Below are positions 1 through 6,680 of a DNA stretch of 20,000 nt, piece by piece. Source of the stretch: an uncultured virus (IMG/VR IMGVR_UViG_3300029951_000448). Taxonomy: Duplodnaviria; Heunggongvirae; Uroviricota; Caudoviricetes. The stretch is taken from the IMG/VR virus record IMGVR_UViG_3300029951_000448; one strand, given 5' to 3'. Under the pieces are notes generated by a model, which worked only from the letters and a program-made list of their open reading frames with translations, had not been told where the DNA came from and searched no databases. The translations under genes were made by a program, and so were the position numbers. Positions within the stretch are counted from its first letter, which is position 1. Each line of letters opens with the position of its first letter.

Positions 1-564
1 CGAAACGAGGAGCAGCCACGAACGGAAGCGCCGGAGCCGGAAGACTTCGCGGCGTTCGCTACCTGGCTTTCTCAACAGGGCGGCCAGCGGGCGGTGATCG
101 GGATGGCAGCAGAGTATGCGGCGCTCGCCGGCAACCGCAAGGTGGAGTTTCTGGACCTGTCTTGGCCACAGGTAGATGAGGCGATCGGCGTGATCCGCGT
201 CAAGCGCGCGAAGCAGCGGGGCAAGAAGCGCGGCGAAGTCATCGAGCATATCGAGATGACGCCGAGGATTCGGGGATTGCTGGGTCGACTCAAGGGAATC
301 GAGAAAGGCGGTCTGTATGTTTTCCCGAACCGTTCAGGGACGCACTACACCCAGTCAGGCTTCAAGGCGATGTGGGGGAAGTTGATGAACGAGGCGCTGA
401 GGCTAAAGAAGCTAGTCCGTCGATTCACATTTCACGACCTGCGCGCATACTACGTGACGCAGCATAAACAGGAACGCGGAGCACTGCCGGATATGCACGC
501 GAACCCAGCGACAACGGCGCGAGTTTATGACCGCAGCAAGATCGTGAAGAGACGGGGGCTTTAA
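1..564 (+). CDS. int: Phage tyrosine integrase, C-terminal catalytic part (5'-truncated by window edge)
   Basis: Frame 1 is open from base 1 to TAA at 562-564. The tyrosine-recombinase catalytic set is present in order: R (AGNRK), K (RAKQR), HxxR (TFHDLRA), H (DMHAN), Y (RVYDR). An att core follows 85 bp downstream. Confidence 0.95.
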   Translation, partial: RNEEQPRTEAPEPEDFAAFATWLSQQGGQRAVIGMAAEYAALAGNRKVEFLDLSWPQVDEAIGVIRVKRAKQRGKKRGEVIEHIEMTPRIRGLLGRLKGIEKGGLYVFPNRSGTHYTQSGFKAMWGKLMNEALRLKKLVRRFTFHDLRAYYVTQHKQERGALPDMHANPATTARVYDRSKIVKRRGL

Positions 565-604
565 CGGAGGATTCCCGAATTGGGAATTTTCTGGGAATTA
601 TCTA

Positions 605-620
605 CTGTGAGTTTACACAG
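605..620. promoter_or_regulatory. LexA (SOS) box 1, in the left att arm
   Basis: CTGT-GAGTTTAC-ACAG within the palindrome CTACTGTG-N6-CACAGTAG (602-623). It lies in the spacer of a possible TTATCT(598-603)-17-TAGGAT(621-626) promoter. Confidence 0.65.
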
Positions 621-648
621 TAGGATGTCTTGAGAAGCTTATGGGGAT

Positions 649-697
649 TGGGGTGGCTGATGGGGCTCGAACCCACGACAACAGGAATCACAATCCT
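649..697 (-). mobile_element. att core (attP): 3' 49 nt of tRNA-His(GTG), not a complete tRNA gene
   Basis: The reverse complement reads AGGATT-GTG-ATTCCTGTTGTCGTGGGTTCGAGCCCCATCAGCCACCCCA: anticodon arm with GTG, T-arm GGTTCGA, acceptor 3' strand and CCA. The D-arm and 5' acceptor strand are absent. Confidence 0.93.
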
Positions 698-802
698 ATG
701 CATCAAGCCATATTCTGCAAGGGTTCGATCTGTGAAAATGGGAACGATAGTCGTAAACTGACCATTGATTTCATTGTGTTTTTACAACGTCATTCCCACG
801 AT

Positions 803-844
803 TTGATGGTGCGCCGGGCGATGCTAAACTGTACAAACATACAG
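803..844 (+). promoter_or_regulatory. Sigma70-type promoter overlapped by LexA box 2
   Basis: TTGATG (803-808), 16 bp, extended -10 TGcTAAACT (822-830). CTGT-ACAAACAT-ACAG at 829-844 overlaps the -10/start region, 15 bp before ATG 860. Confidence 0.75.
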
Positions 845-859
845 TCATTTGCACATGCC

Positions 860-1168
860 ATGCCCCGCCACCAACTCCCCGACTTCGCCAGTCCCAGCAC
901 CGAAAACCTGCGCGAGCTTTACCGCACATCGGATGACGATCTAACGCGGCGAACAGTGCTCGAAGTCATCCGGTTACGTGCATTGGTGGCAGAGGCCGAC
1001 TACTACCGGGAGGTTATCCACAAATGCTGGAACGCAGAGGGTCTGGGCCGGCTGGTAGCGCTTGAGAATTTTCGGGTTCTAATGCTGGATGAGCGGTCGA
1101 GAATGGGGCTTCCGAGGGTGCGGGTTGATGACGGGGCACCGAGTGATGGGCAAAAGGAGGGAGTGTGA
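860..1168 (+). CDS. SOS-regulated hypothetical protein (102 aa, MPRHQLPDF...)
   Basis: The ORF-track start at 641 runs through the att core and is unlikely. In-frame ATG 860 follows the LexA-box promoter, and the stop overlaps the next start (GTGA). Confidence 0.75.
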   Translation: MPRHQLPDFASPSTENLRELYRTSDDDLTRRTVLEVIRLRALVAEADYYREVIHKCWNAEGLGRLVALENFRVLMLDERSRMGLPRVRVDDGAPSDGQKEGV

Positions 1169-1437
1169 ATACCAATCCATTGATCGCGCTGGCCCGATCA
1201 GACCGACATACTGAATGCTGCGGTCATGACATTTGCGCCGCCTGCGGCTCCCCAGTTAGCACCTATAACGCGAACGCTGATCTGGTCGATCAACGTCCAG
1301 AGGCGAGTGAATGGGACTGGTGGTGCGCTTGCGACAATGCAGATTGCATTCATGCATATGGCGAAGGGTTGTTTCAGGAACCGCTTGGGTGGATGGGTAA
1401 GGTGGACGCGCCGCTAGTGCGGGCAGGGGAGAATTGA
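1165..1437 (+). CDS. Cys-rich, probable zinc-binding hypothetical protein (90 aa)
   Basis: Strong SD AAGGAGG, GTGA overlap with the upstream gene; motifs ECCGHDICAAC and WCACDNADCIH. Confidence 0.7.
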   Translation: MNTNPLIALARSDRHTECCGHDICAACGSPVSTYNANADLVDQRPEASEWDWWCACDNADCIHAYGEGLFQEPLGWMGKVDAPLVRAGEN

Positions 1438-1703
1438 TGGACGAAGACGAATTCGCCGCCGAGATGAAGTCAGCAATTGAACGCGCGCTGCTTAATCCAG
1501 ACTACCCGGTTATCAAATCAACCGAGGAGGCTGACGCTCTGCATGATGACTTCATGACCAGGCTATGGGGATTTGTGCTTGAGGGATTCACGCCTGCCGT
1601 GGCAACGGGCGAATATCTTGATCTCTGGTGCACCAACAACACTGCCCCAGCCGACAAGCCCAAGCCCAACCACGTCCGCGATGCTGTGCGGGCGAATCAA
1701 TAA
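1437..1703 (+). CDS. Acidic hypothetical protein (88 aa)
   Basis: TGATG overlap with the upstream stop, SD GGGGAG. Confidence 0.6.
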   Translation: MDEDEFAAEMKSAIERALLNPDYPVIKSTEEADALHDDFMTRLWGFVLEGFTPAVATGEYLDLWCTNNTAPADKPKPNHVRDAVRANQ

Positions 1704-1714
1704 CCGCCTAAATC

Positions 1715-1744
1715 TTGTGCAACTGTACTTTTATACAGTAGAAT
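1715..1744 (+). promoter_or_regulatory. Sigma70-type promoter with LexA box 3 in its spacer
   Basis: TTGTGC (1715-1720), 18 bp, TAGAAT (1739-1744). CTGT-ACTTTTAT-ACAG at 1723-1738 is near consensus. Confidence 0.85.
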
Positions 1745-1750
1745 GAAGGC

Positions 1751-1838
1751 GGGGCATAAGAGCGCGTCAACGCTCAAATGCCCCTGACCACGCAACCGAT
1801 CCTCAGGAGATCCGGGCCACATGGCTTCTGCCATCATA
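1751..1838. ncRNA. Structured symE/symR-like 5' leader, with a possible cis-antisense RNA on the - strand
   Basis: Hairpin GGGGCAT-aa-GAGCG-cgtcaa-CGCTC-aa-ATGCCCC (1751-1784), then TGACCAC, SD AGGAGA (1805-1810), ATGGCT (1821) and ATCATA (1833-1838 = minus-strand -10 TATGAT). The resemblance to symE-family leaders is recalled, not computed. Confidence 0.45.
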
Positions 1839-1904
1839 CCTTACGCGGCTATCGCCCGCGAGATTCCCCTGAGTCCCCAACCTTCATTCGGGACAAGAAA
1901 TTGA
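1821..1904 (+). CDS. 27-aa leader peptide MASAIIPYAAIAREIPLSPQPSFGTRN (not in ORF track)
   Basis: SD AGGAGA 10 nt upstream; its TGA (1902-1904) overlaps the TTG start of the HNH gene (TTGA). Confidence 0.55.
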   Translation: MASAIIPYAAIAREIPLSPQPSFGTRN

Positions 1905-2611
1905 AGCAAATGCCTTTGACAAAAGGCCTCTTCGCACTAGTGGACGATGAGGACTACGAAGTGCTTTCCAGGTACAAATGGCATGCCGATTCGAATGGCT
2001 ATGGGGCTAGAAGGGCAATGCATCCCGATGTGCCCAGAAAAGAGATTACGATATATATGCATAGAGGCATCATGGGTCTCTGTCGGGGAGACAAAATGGT
2101 GATCGATCACATTGACAGGAATCCACGGAACAATCAGCGGAACAACCTAAGAATTTGCACCGTTGCCGAAAACGGGCGAAATACCGCGCTCAACAGTAGA
2201 AATACGAGCGGGTATAAGGGCGTTTGTTGGAACAAGAATCAAAAGCTGTGGATGGCGTCGATCCGGGTGCATGGAAAAAGAACGCATCTTGGGTGCTTCC
2301 CGACAGCGGAGTTCGCGTACGATGCGTACTGTCGCGCTGCCGTGGTTCTCCATGGAGATTTCGTCAACCATGAATTAATTGCACCCGTTGCTGGGTCGTG
2401 TGGCACGCTGACGATTGAATGCAAGCAAAAGAACAAAACTGGATACACAGGAGTTAAGCGTATCGCCGATTCCAGATGGGAGGCCTACATTAAGATAGAT
2501 CGCAAGAAAAAGTATCTTGGGTCTTTCCCATCGCCAGAATCTGCACATGAAGCATATCGTAAGGCCAAAAAAGAGCGCGATGGATCAATCGATATCAAGG
2601 AAGCGGCATGA
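1901..2611 (+). CDS. HNH endonuclease with two tandem AP2 DNA-binding domains
   Basis: Typical N-terminus (M)KQMPLTKGLFALVDDEDY; HNH motif YMHR...IDHIDRNPRNNQRNNLR; AP2 repeats NTSGYKGV...LGCFPTAEFAYDAY and NKTGYTGV...LGSFPSPESAHEAY. Start re-called at TTG 1901 (ATG 1910 is an alternative). Confidence 0.9.
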   Translation: MKQMPLTKGLFALVDDEDYEVLSRYKWHADSNGYGARRAMHPDVPRKEITIYMHRGIMGLCRGDKMVIDHIDRNPRNNQRNNLRICTVAENGRNTALNSRNTSGYKGVCWNKNQKLWMASIRVHGKRTHLGCFPTAEFAYDAYCRAAVVLHGDFVNHELIAPVAGSCGTLTIECKQKNKTGYTGVKRIADSRWEAYIKIDRKKKYLGSFPSPESAHEAYRKAKKERDGSIDIKEAA

Positions 2612-2808
2612 CCAAACCGACATGGGACCAAGCGCCCTACTGGGCGAAGTATCTAGCCATGGACGACGACTATGAATGGCATTGGTGGAGCGCGTGGCCC
2701 GAGTACAATCGGATGACGGGGAAATGGGAATGTGAGTGGGCGCAGAGGCTGGTTGCCACTGTCCCGTATGACGCGTCGGAGACGCTAGAAGGGCGTCCCG
2801 AGGAATGA
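2608..2808 (+). CDS. Small Trp-rich phage hypothetical protein (66 aa)
   Basis: ATGA overlap with the HNH gene, SD AAGGAAG; KPTWDQAPYWAKYLAMD motif resembles small phage proteins. Confidence 0.75.
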   Translation: MTKPTWDQAPYWAKYLAMDDDYEWHWWSAWPEYNRMTGKWECEWAQRLVATVPYDASETLEGRPEE

Positions 2809-2813
2809 GGGGT

Positions 2814-2844
2814 GGGCGGTACAGCTTATTGACTGTGACCGCCC
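2814..2844. terminator. Hairpin between convergent transcription units
   Basis: GGGCGGT-ACAG-cttattga-CTGT-g-ACCGCCC; no clear U-tract on either strand. Confidence 0.45.
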
Positions 2845-2862
2845 AAAACAGCGGATAGCCTG

Positions 2863-3330
2863 TCAAACTTCGACCAGTGCGCTGAGAATAAGAAAAAGAT
2901 CGTCCGGGTCAACCTTGTTCGCCGGCTCGCTCAGATGCCGCAGCCATTTGCAGGACATGAGTTTCGCCGTCACGAGTTGCGAGCAGAACCATGCGCCGAT
3001 GCTAGTCCAGTTGGCATTGACGACAAACGCGAGAATGCCGATCTTGTTATACGGTCGGCCAATCTCATCGTGCATGAACTGGTAAAACTCTCGAGCCTGT
3101 TCGTGAGTGGCCGGCAGAGAGATGCGCGTGACCTTTTCTTTTGCCACGTAATCGGCTGGTCTGATCTGGACGCCCGCAGGAATGCCGTCAATGACATCGC
3201 TCCGCGCGCCGAGCAGCGACCCATCAGGGAGCACCGCGTCGACGTGCGAATACGAGCCGTGCCCGAACCAGCGGATCATGCCCGAACCCAGGCCGGTCCC
3301 CTCGACGAACTGGAGAACGATTGCAGACAT
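2863..3330 (-). CDS. Permuted papain-like NlpC/P60 enzyme (YiiX/YebB-like)
   Basis: His precedes Cys: GSYSHVDAV ... GRPYN ... AWFCSQLV ... VDPDDL; SD GAGGGG. Confidence 0.8.
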   Translation of the reverse strand: MSAIVLQFVEGTGLGSGMIRWFGHGSYSHVDAVLPDGSLLGARSDVIDGIPAGVQIRPADYVAKEKVTRISLPATHEQAREFYQFMHDEIGRPYNKIGILAFVVNANWTSIGAWFCSQLVTAKLMSCKWLRHLSEPANKVDPDDLFLILSALVEV

Positions 3331-3331
3331 A

Positions 3332-3463
3332 TCAATTTCCCCTCGTAATCGTCACATGGCAGTCGTGGACCTGCATATCCAGGTTCTTCGGCAGCAGTTG
3401 CTGCGCGCAACCGGCGAACGTCAGAACGGCCAAGAAGGCCGCCAGCATCTTGACCGTGCGCAT
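3332..3463 (-). CDS. 43-aa lipoprotein, o-spanin candidate (not in ORF track)
   Basis: Manual translation MRTVKMLAAFLAVLTFAG-CAQQLLPKNLDMQVHDCHVTITRGN shows a basic n-region, h-region and lipobox FAGC. It fills the intergenic gap almost exactly (3-bp and 1-bp spacers). Confidence 0.75.
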   Translation of the reverse strand: MRTVKMLAAFLAVLTFAGCAQQLLPKNLDMQVHDCHVTITRGN

Positions 3464-3466
3464 GAT

Positions 3467-3808
3467 TTAGCTCGCAGTGACAGCCGAGCCGACTTCAGCG
3501 CCAACCGAGGCGGGCGTGATGGTGCCAGCAGCAGCGACGAGCTTCGCGTTGACTGCGGTGATGATCGCGCCGACCAGTTGAGCGGCGCCGGTAACGGCAG
3601 TCGATTCCATCGTCGGTAGCGTGGCCATGATGTTCACGAGGAACGCATTGCCCTTCAGGATGGCCGAGGCGGGGTTCACCCACGTTTGCGGATTGGCTTC
3701 GATGTCAGCCAGGGTCGATGTGACGATGGGAAGGACGTTCTGGAACACGTCCTGGCCGGCGAGTTCGGCGAGTTGAGTGAAAACTTGCGATGCGGTGAGG
3801 GTAGTCAT
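3467..3808 (-). CDS. Ala/Thr/Val-rich amphipathic hypothetical protein (113 aa, MTTLTASQV...)
   Basis: SD AAGGAAA before ATG 3808; the longer ORF-track start overlaps the upstream lipoprotein gene. Confidence 0.75.
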   Translation of the reverse strand: MTTLTASQVFTQLAELAGQDVFQNVLPIVTSTLADIEANPQTWVNPASAILKGNAFLVNIMATLPTMESTAVTGAAQLVGAIITAVNAKLVAAAGTITPASVGAEVGSAVTAS

Positions 3809-3840
3809 TTCAGTTTCCTTGATGGGATTGGTTGTTACAG

Positions 3841-4038
3841 TCAAAACGTGTGGTGGAATTTCGAGACGATCGACCAGGTGGTCACGCTCTTTTGGAATTC
3901 GATGCTGCCGCTGGTCGAGTTGCTGAGGCGCCAGTAGGCTTCGCAGCAGGACAACTGATTGGTCATCTGATTTGCTACTGGCAGCACAATCACTCCGCAA
4001 CCCGAGAGCAGCAGGCAGAGGAGCGCAATGCGGATCAT
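3841..4038 (-). CDS. 65-aa lipoprotein, spanin-like candidate
   Basis: MIRIALLCLLLSG-C lipobox; ATGA overlap with the holin; internal CC; C-terminal Phe. Confidence 0.75.
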   Translation of the reverse strand: MIRIALLCLLLSGCGVIVLPVANQMTNQLSCCEAYWRLSNSTSGSIEFQKSVTTWSIVSKFHHTF

Positions 4039-4247
4039 GCTGCCGGAGACTTCTGTGCTTCTACCGCCTGAGCCTTGGCGTCGATCAATCCTTTCGCGGT
4101 GTGGCCGAGGTAGATCAGCGTGCCGGTCAGGATCGGCAGGACTTCAGCCGGAACGGGATGGCCGTACGAGGTGAATAGCCACTGAATCAGGGCTGCCACT
4201 GAAGCGGACGTAACGCCGATGCCGGCGCTAACGAGTGCGTTGTTCAT
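4035..4247 (-). CDS. Putative holin (2 TM segments, basic/polar C-tail)
   Basis: 70 aa, two hydrophobic stretches separated by GHPVP; SD GGAG; lies in the lysis region. Confidence 0.6.
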   Translation of the reverse strand: MNNALVSAGIGVTSASVAALIQWLFTSYGHPVPAEVLPILTGTLIYLGHTAKGLIDAKAQAVEAQKSPAA

Positions 4248-4250
4248 GAG

Positions 4251-4610
4251 TTACTCCGTATCAGCCAAAGGCCGGCGCTTGATCTTGTCCGACCAGTGCG
4301 CAGCATCGGTCAGGACTTCGGTGTTGAAACTGCGGAAATTTCCCAGGTGGCCCACAAAAAGGTGGCAATTGACACCATCCTTATTCGCTTCGCACAACGT
4401 CGCGAGGTTGTTGGGATCAAGCTCGAGATCGGGATGCAGATGGAAAGGATGGATGTGATGCACCTCGAGCTTTTCCGACCCGCCGCAAACCTCGCAAACC
4501 GGATGCAGCGCGAGGTGATTCTTGCGGACCGTGGGCCAATGGCCAGAACGAGCGGTGCCTAGCGGGTGTTTGCCTTGAGCAACCCCGATCAAATGCGTTA
4601 CGATTTGCAT
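4251..4610 (-). CDS. Small HNH endonuclease (CxxC...HH...N...CH type)
   Basis: RSGHWPTVRK...CEVCGG...EVHHIHPF...DPNNLATLCE...CHLFVGH. Confidence 0.9.
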   Translation of the reverse strand: MQIVTHLIGVAQGKHPLGTARSGHWPTVRKNHLALHPVCEVCGGSEKLEVHHIHPFHLHPDLELDPNNLATLCEANKDGVNCHLFVGHLGNFRSFNTEVLTDAAHWSDKIKRRPLADTE

Positions 4611-4621
4611 GGACGTAAACG

Positions 4622-4647
4622 AAAAAAGCCGCCCCGAAGGACGGCTT
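4622..4647 (-). terminator. Rho-independent terminator
   Basis: Minus strand AAGCCGtCC-TTCG-GGgCGGC-TTTTTT just after the stop at 4667. Confidence 0.85.
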
Positions 4648-4666
4648 GTGTGATTGAGTTGGAGTT

Positions 4667-5413
4667 CTACGGATTCAGCACTTCGACCGAATACCAGTAA
4701 AGCGTCACCGTCTCCGTTGTGGCTCCCGGTGCGGCTGTAATCGTGAGAGTCTGTGCGGCAGTCATATTGACCGCAGATGTGACAGGTGCAGATGTTCCAC
4801 TGCTGACGACGCCGATCGGAAGTGCTATCTGGGATTGCTGCGAGTTCTGGCTAACGATGTCGCACTGAAGGACGTACGAGACTGAGGCGCTCGCGATCAT
4901 CATCATCGCGGTACCCGCCAGGCGCACTCTCAGCGTATGACTTGCCGTGGCGACAGAGGACCATCCCATCGTGACGCGAATCCGGCCCGATGCGCCCATG
5001 GCATTTGCCGGAATCGTAATCGTGGCAAGCGTCGTCTCGGTAGTCGTACTGGTGACCGAAGCGGCAACGCCCGATTGAGCAATGACCTGTGCAACGCCAT
5101 GGCCACCGACTTTCGAGACGGTCGGATTCGGCAATGAGCCGGTCAGGTCGCCGGATAGCGCGCCAACATTCGATGCTGCGGCACCGCTTGCCAGATTGCT
5201 TGCGGCGACTGAACCGGGCGTCGCTGAGAGATACGCGGACGGATTGATCGACGCTGCAGCTTCTTCTGCTGCTGTAGCTGAATTGGCCGCCGCAATAGCA
5301 CTAGCCGCCGAGTTCGTGACCGCCTGCGTGATCTGTTGGTTGACAGCAGGGCTGAGTGTGCCGAGCTGGATCGTTTGCGCGGATCCATTCACGGTGATGG
5401 TTAGCGCACTCAT
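4667..5413 (-). CDS. Fibre-like virion protein (248 aa)
   Basis: ATGA overlap at 5410-5413 supports the MSALT start; Ala-rich helical stalk (AASAIAAANSATAAEEAA), LSGDLTGSLPNPTV motif, beta-rich C-terminal domain. Confidence 0.6.
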   Translation of the reverse strand: MSALTITVNGSAQTIQLGTLSPAVNQQITQAVTNSAASAIAAANSATAAEEAAASINPSAYLSATPGSVAASNLASGAAASNVGALSGDLTGSLPNPTVSKVGGHGVAQVIAQSGVAASVTSTTTETTLATITIPANAMGASGRIRVTMGWSSVATASHTLRVRLAGTAMMMIASASVSYVLQCDIVSQNSQQSQIALPIGVVSSGTSAPVTSAVNMTAAQTLTITAAPGATTETVTLYWYSVEVLNP

Positions 5414-5838
5414 GGCGTCACACAAGGGTCAAGAGACACAGTGCCTTCCAGCAGATAGCCAACGTTGCCGGACGGGTCCGTATATTGCAAATCGTAGACG
5501 CCGAGGGATGAGACGGGCAGGCCAGCCAGGGAGTTACCCGACGCGAAGCCGCTAGGCGTCAGGCCTATGGTGTCGGCATGAGCGAAGACTAGGGCAATCG
5601 TTCCCGCCGCTCCGCCATTCTGGATTTCACTTCCGCCCGCTGTCGGCGCCGTACTGTTCAGTGTGAGAACTGCTACGGTTGACGTGACGAAAGCGCGGAT
5701 CGTCAAGACAAAGTTATAGCCAGTCAGATTCATGGCCGCACCGTTGTCATTGGTCCACGCCATGGCGATGGTCGTGTCCGCGCCAGCCTTCAGGGTAAAG
5801 CTGAACTGCCCAACGCCGGATGTCGTTGTGAGTGCCAT
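5410..5838 (-). CDS. BppU-like / fibre-attachment beta-sandwich structural protein
   Basis: Pattern 'MNLTGYNFVLTIR...GTIALVF...GVYDLQYTDPSG...LLEGTVSLDP' recalls phage fibre adaptor proteins. Confidence 0.55.
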   Translation of the reverse strand: MALTTTSGVGQFSFTLKAGADTTIAMAWTNDNGAAMNLTGYNFVLTIRAFVTSTVAVLTLNSTAPTAGGSEIQNGGAAGTIALVFAHADTIGLTPSGFASGNSLAGLPVSSLGVYDLQYTDPSGNVGYLLEGTVSLDPCVTP

Positions 5839-5871
5839 GTATGCCTGGGCTATGGTGAGGGGATGCGGGAG

Positions 5872-6309
5872 TCAGGCGGGGTCTGGCGTAACGAACAATG
5901 CGCGTTCAGCGAGACGGCGGCGCAGCAGTCCAGCAACCACGACACCGCCAGCCAAATCCCACTCTTCGAATTCGTTCGCGGCGCCTTCAATATCGCGCGC
6001 GTTGAGCAACTTCAGCAGCGTCGAACCGGCGAAATTGCCGATGCCGAGATTGAACGTGAAGTCGACGAGAGCATCGAACTCGTCTTGCGACATGGCGATA
6101 TGGACGAGGCGATTTACCGCGGCAACTGCGTTCGCTACATCAGCGAGCAGCCATTGTTCGGCTTGTGCCTGAGTGCAGGTCATGCCCTCAACAACGCCTA
6201 GCGTGTGGCCGTAGCCGATCGTCCAGATGCCGGCCGAATCCTGGTACGCAACAAGACGACAGCCTTCGAAGGATTCCGTCAGGGCGAGACCGCTTTTCGA
6301 GTACTGCAT
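5872..6309 (-). CDS. Endolysin, GH24 phage lysozyme (145 aa)
   Basis: E-x8-D-x5-T triad in FEGCRLVAYQDSAGIWTIGYGHT; FDALVDFTFNLG; GLLRRRLAERALF. SD GAGGT before ATG 6309; no SAR domain. Confidence 0.95.
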   Translation of the reverse strand: MQYSKSGLALTESFEGCRLVAYQDSAGIWTIGYGHTLGVVEGMTCTQAQAEQWLLADVANAVAAVNRLVHIAMSQDEFDALVDFTFNLGIGNFAGSTLLKLLNARDIEGAANEFEEWDLAGGVVVAGLLRRRLAERALFVTPDPA

Positions 6310-6316
6310 GGCTACC

Positions 6317-6613
6317 TCACTTGTCAGCCTTCCCATTAATCTGCTGTTGCAGTCCACTGAAGCTCGTTCGCATCTCTGTAGATAGGTCGCGGATCGAATC
6401 AATGAGGCGTGTGATATCGGCAGAGAGTTGATTGACGGATCGCGTCAGATCAGCCTCGGTGACGAAGTGCCCTTCGGCATAGGTCTTGTACTTCGCCAGA
6501 TCCTTCTCGAGAGAGCCCACCCGGTTCACGATCCACCAGAACAGAGCGCCCGAGAAAGTGAGAAACGCCGCCAGGATGACACCGACGATCTGCGCAATGA
6601 GTTCCATGCTCAT
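6317..6613 (-). CDS. Single-TM coiled-coil protein upstream of endolysin (holin-like or i-spanin-like)
   Basis: N-terminal TM (IVGVILAAFLTFSGALFWWIV) followed by a heptad-like helix. Confidence 0.6.
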   Translation of the reverse strand: MSMELIAQIVGVILAAFLTFSGALFWWIVNRVGSLEKDLAKYKTYAEGHFVTEADLTRSVNQLSADITRLIDSIRDLSTEMRTSFSGLQQQINGKADK

Positions 6614-6643
6614 GTGTACTGCCCTGTTGGTTACTGGAAATAG

Positions 6644-6666
6644 AAAAGCCTCCGAGAGGGAGGCTT
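6644..6666 (-). terminator. Rho-independent terminator at the moron boundary
   Basis: Minus strand AAGCCTCC-ctctc-GGAGGC-TTTT; also T-rich on the + side, so possibly bidirectional. Confidence 0.7.
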
Positions 6667-6680
6667 ATGTTATTTGTTAC

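Larger units (their letters stand above)
571..798. repeat. Putative integrase arm-type binding repeats (TGGGAA motif) flanking the att core
   Basis: ATTCCC at 571-576 (inverted), TGGGAA at 581-586 and 592-597 on the left; TGGGAA at 739-744 and inverted TTCCCA at 793-798 on the right of the core. Confidence 0.6.

Noticed and set aside
649..697. Functional tRNA-His gene
   Set aside because: Only the 3' 49 nt are present; there is no D-arm or 5' acceptor strand.
641..859. N-terminal extension of ORF 641..1168
   Set aside because: It translates the antisense tRNA fragment and att arm; the promoter and LexA box point to ATG 860.
1778..1900. N-terminal extension of the HNH ORF from ATG 1778
   Set aside because: That ATG is buried in the hairpin stem with no SD; the family-like sequence starts at TTG 1901.
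2821..2836. Fourth LexA box
   Set aside because: The half-sites are in the wrong order (ACAG-N8-CTGT); it is part of an RNA hairpin.
6605..6613. Holin/antiholin dual-start motif (Met-Ser-Met)
   Set aside because: It lacks the basic residue of the lambda S Met-Lys-Met motif; there is no other support.
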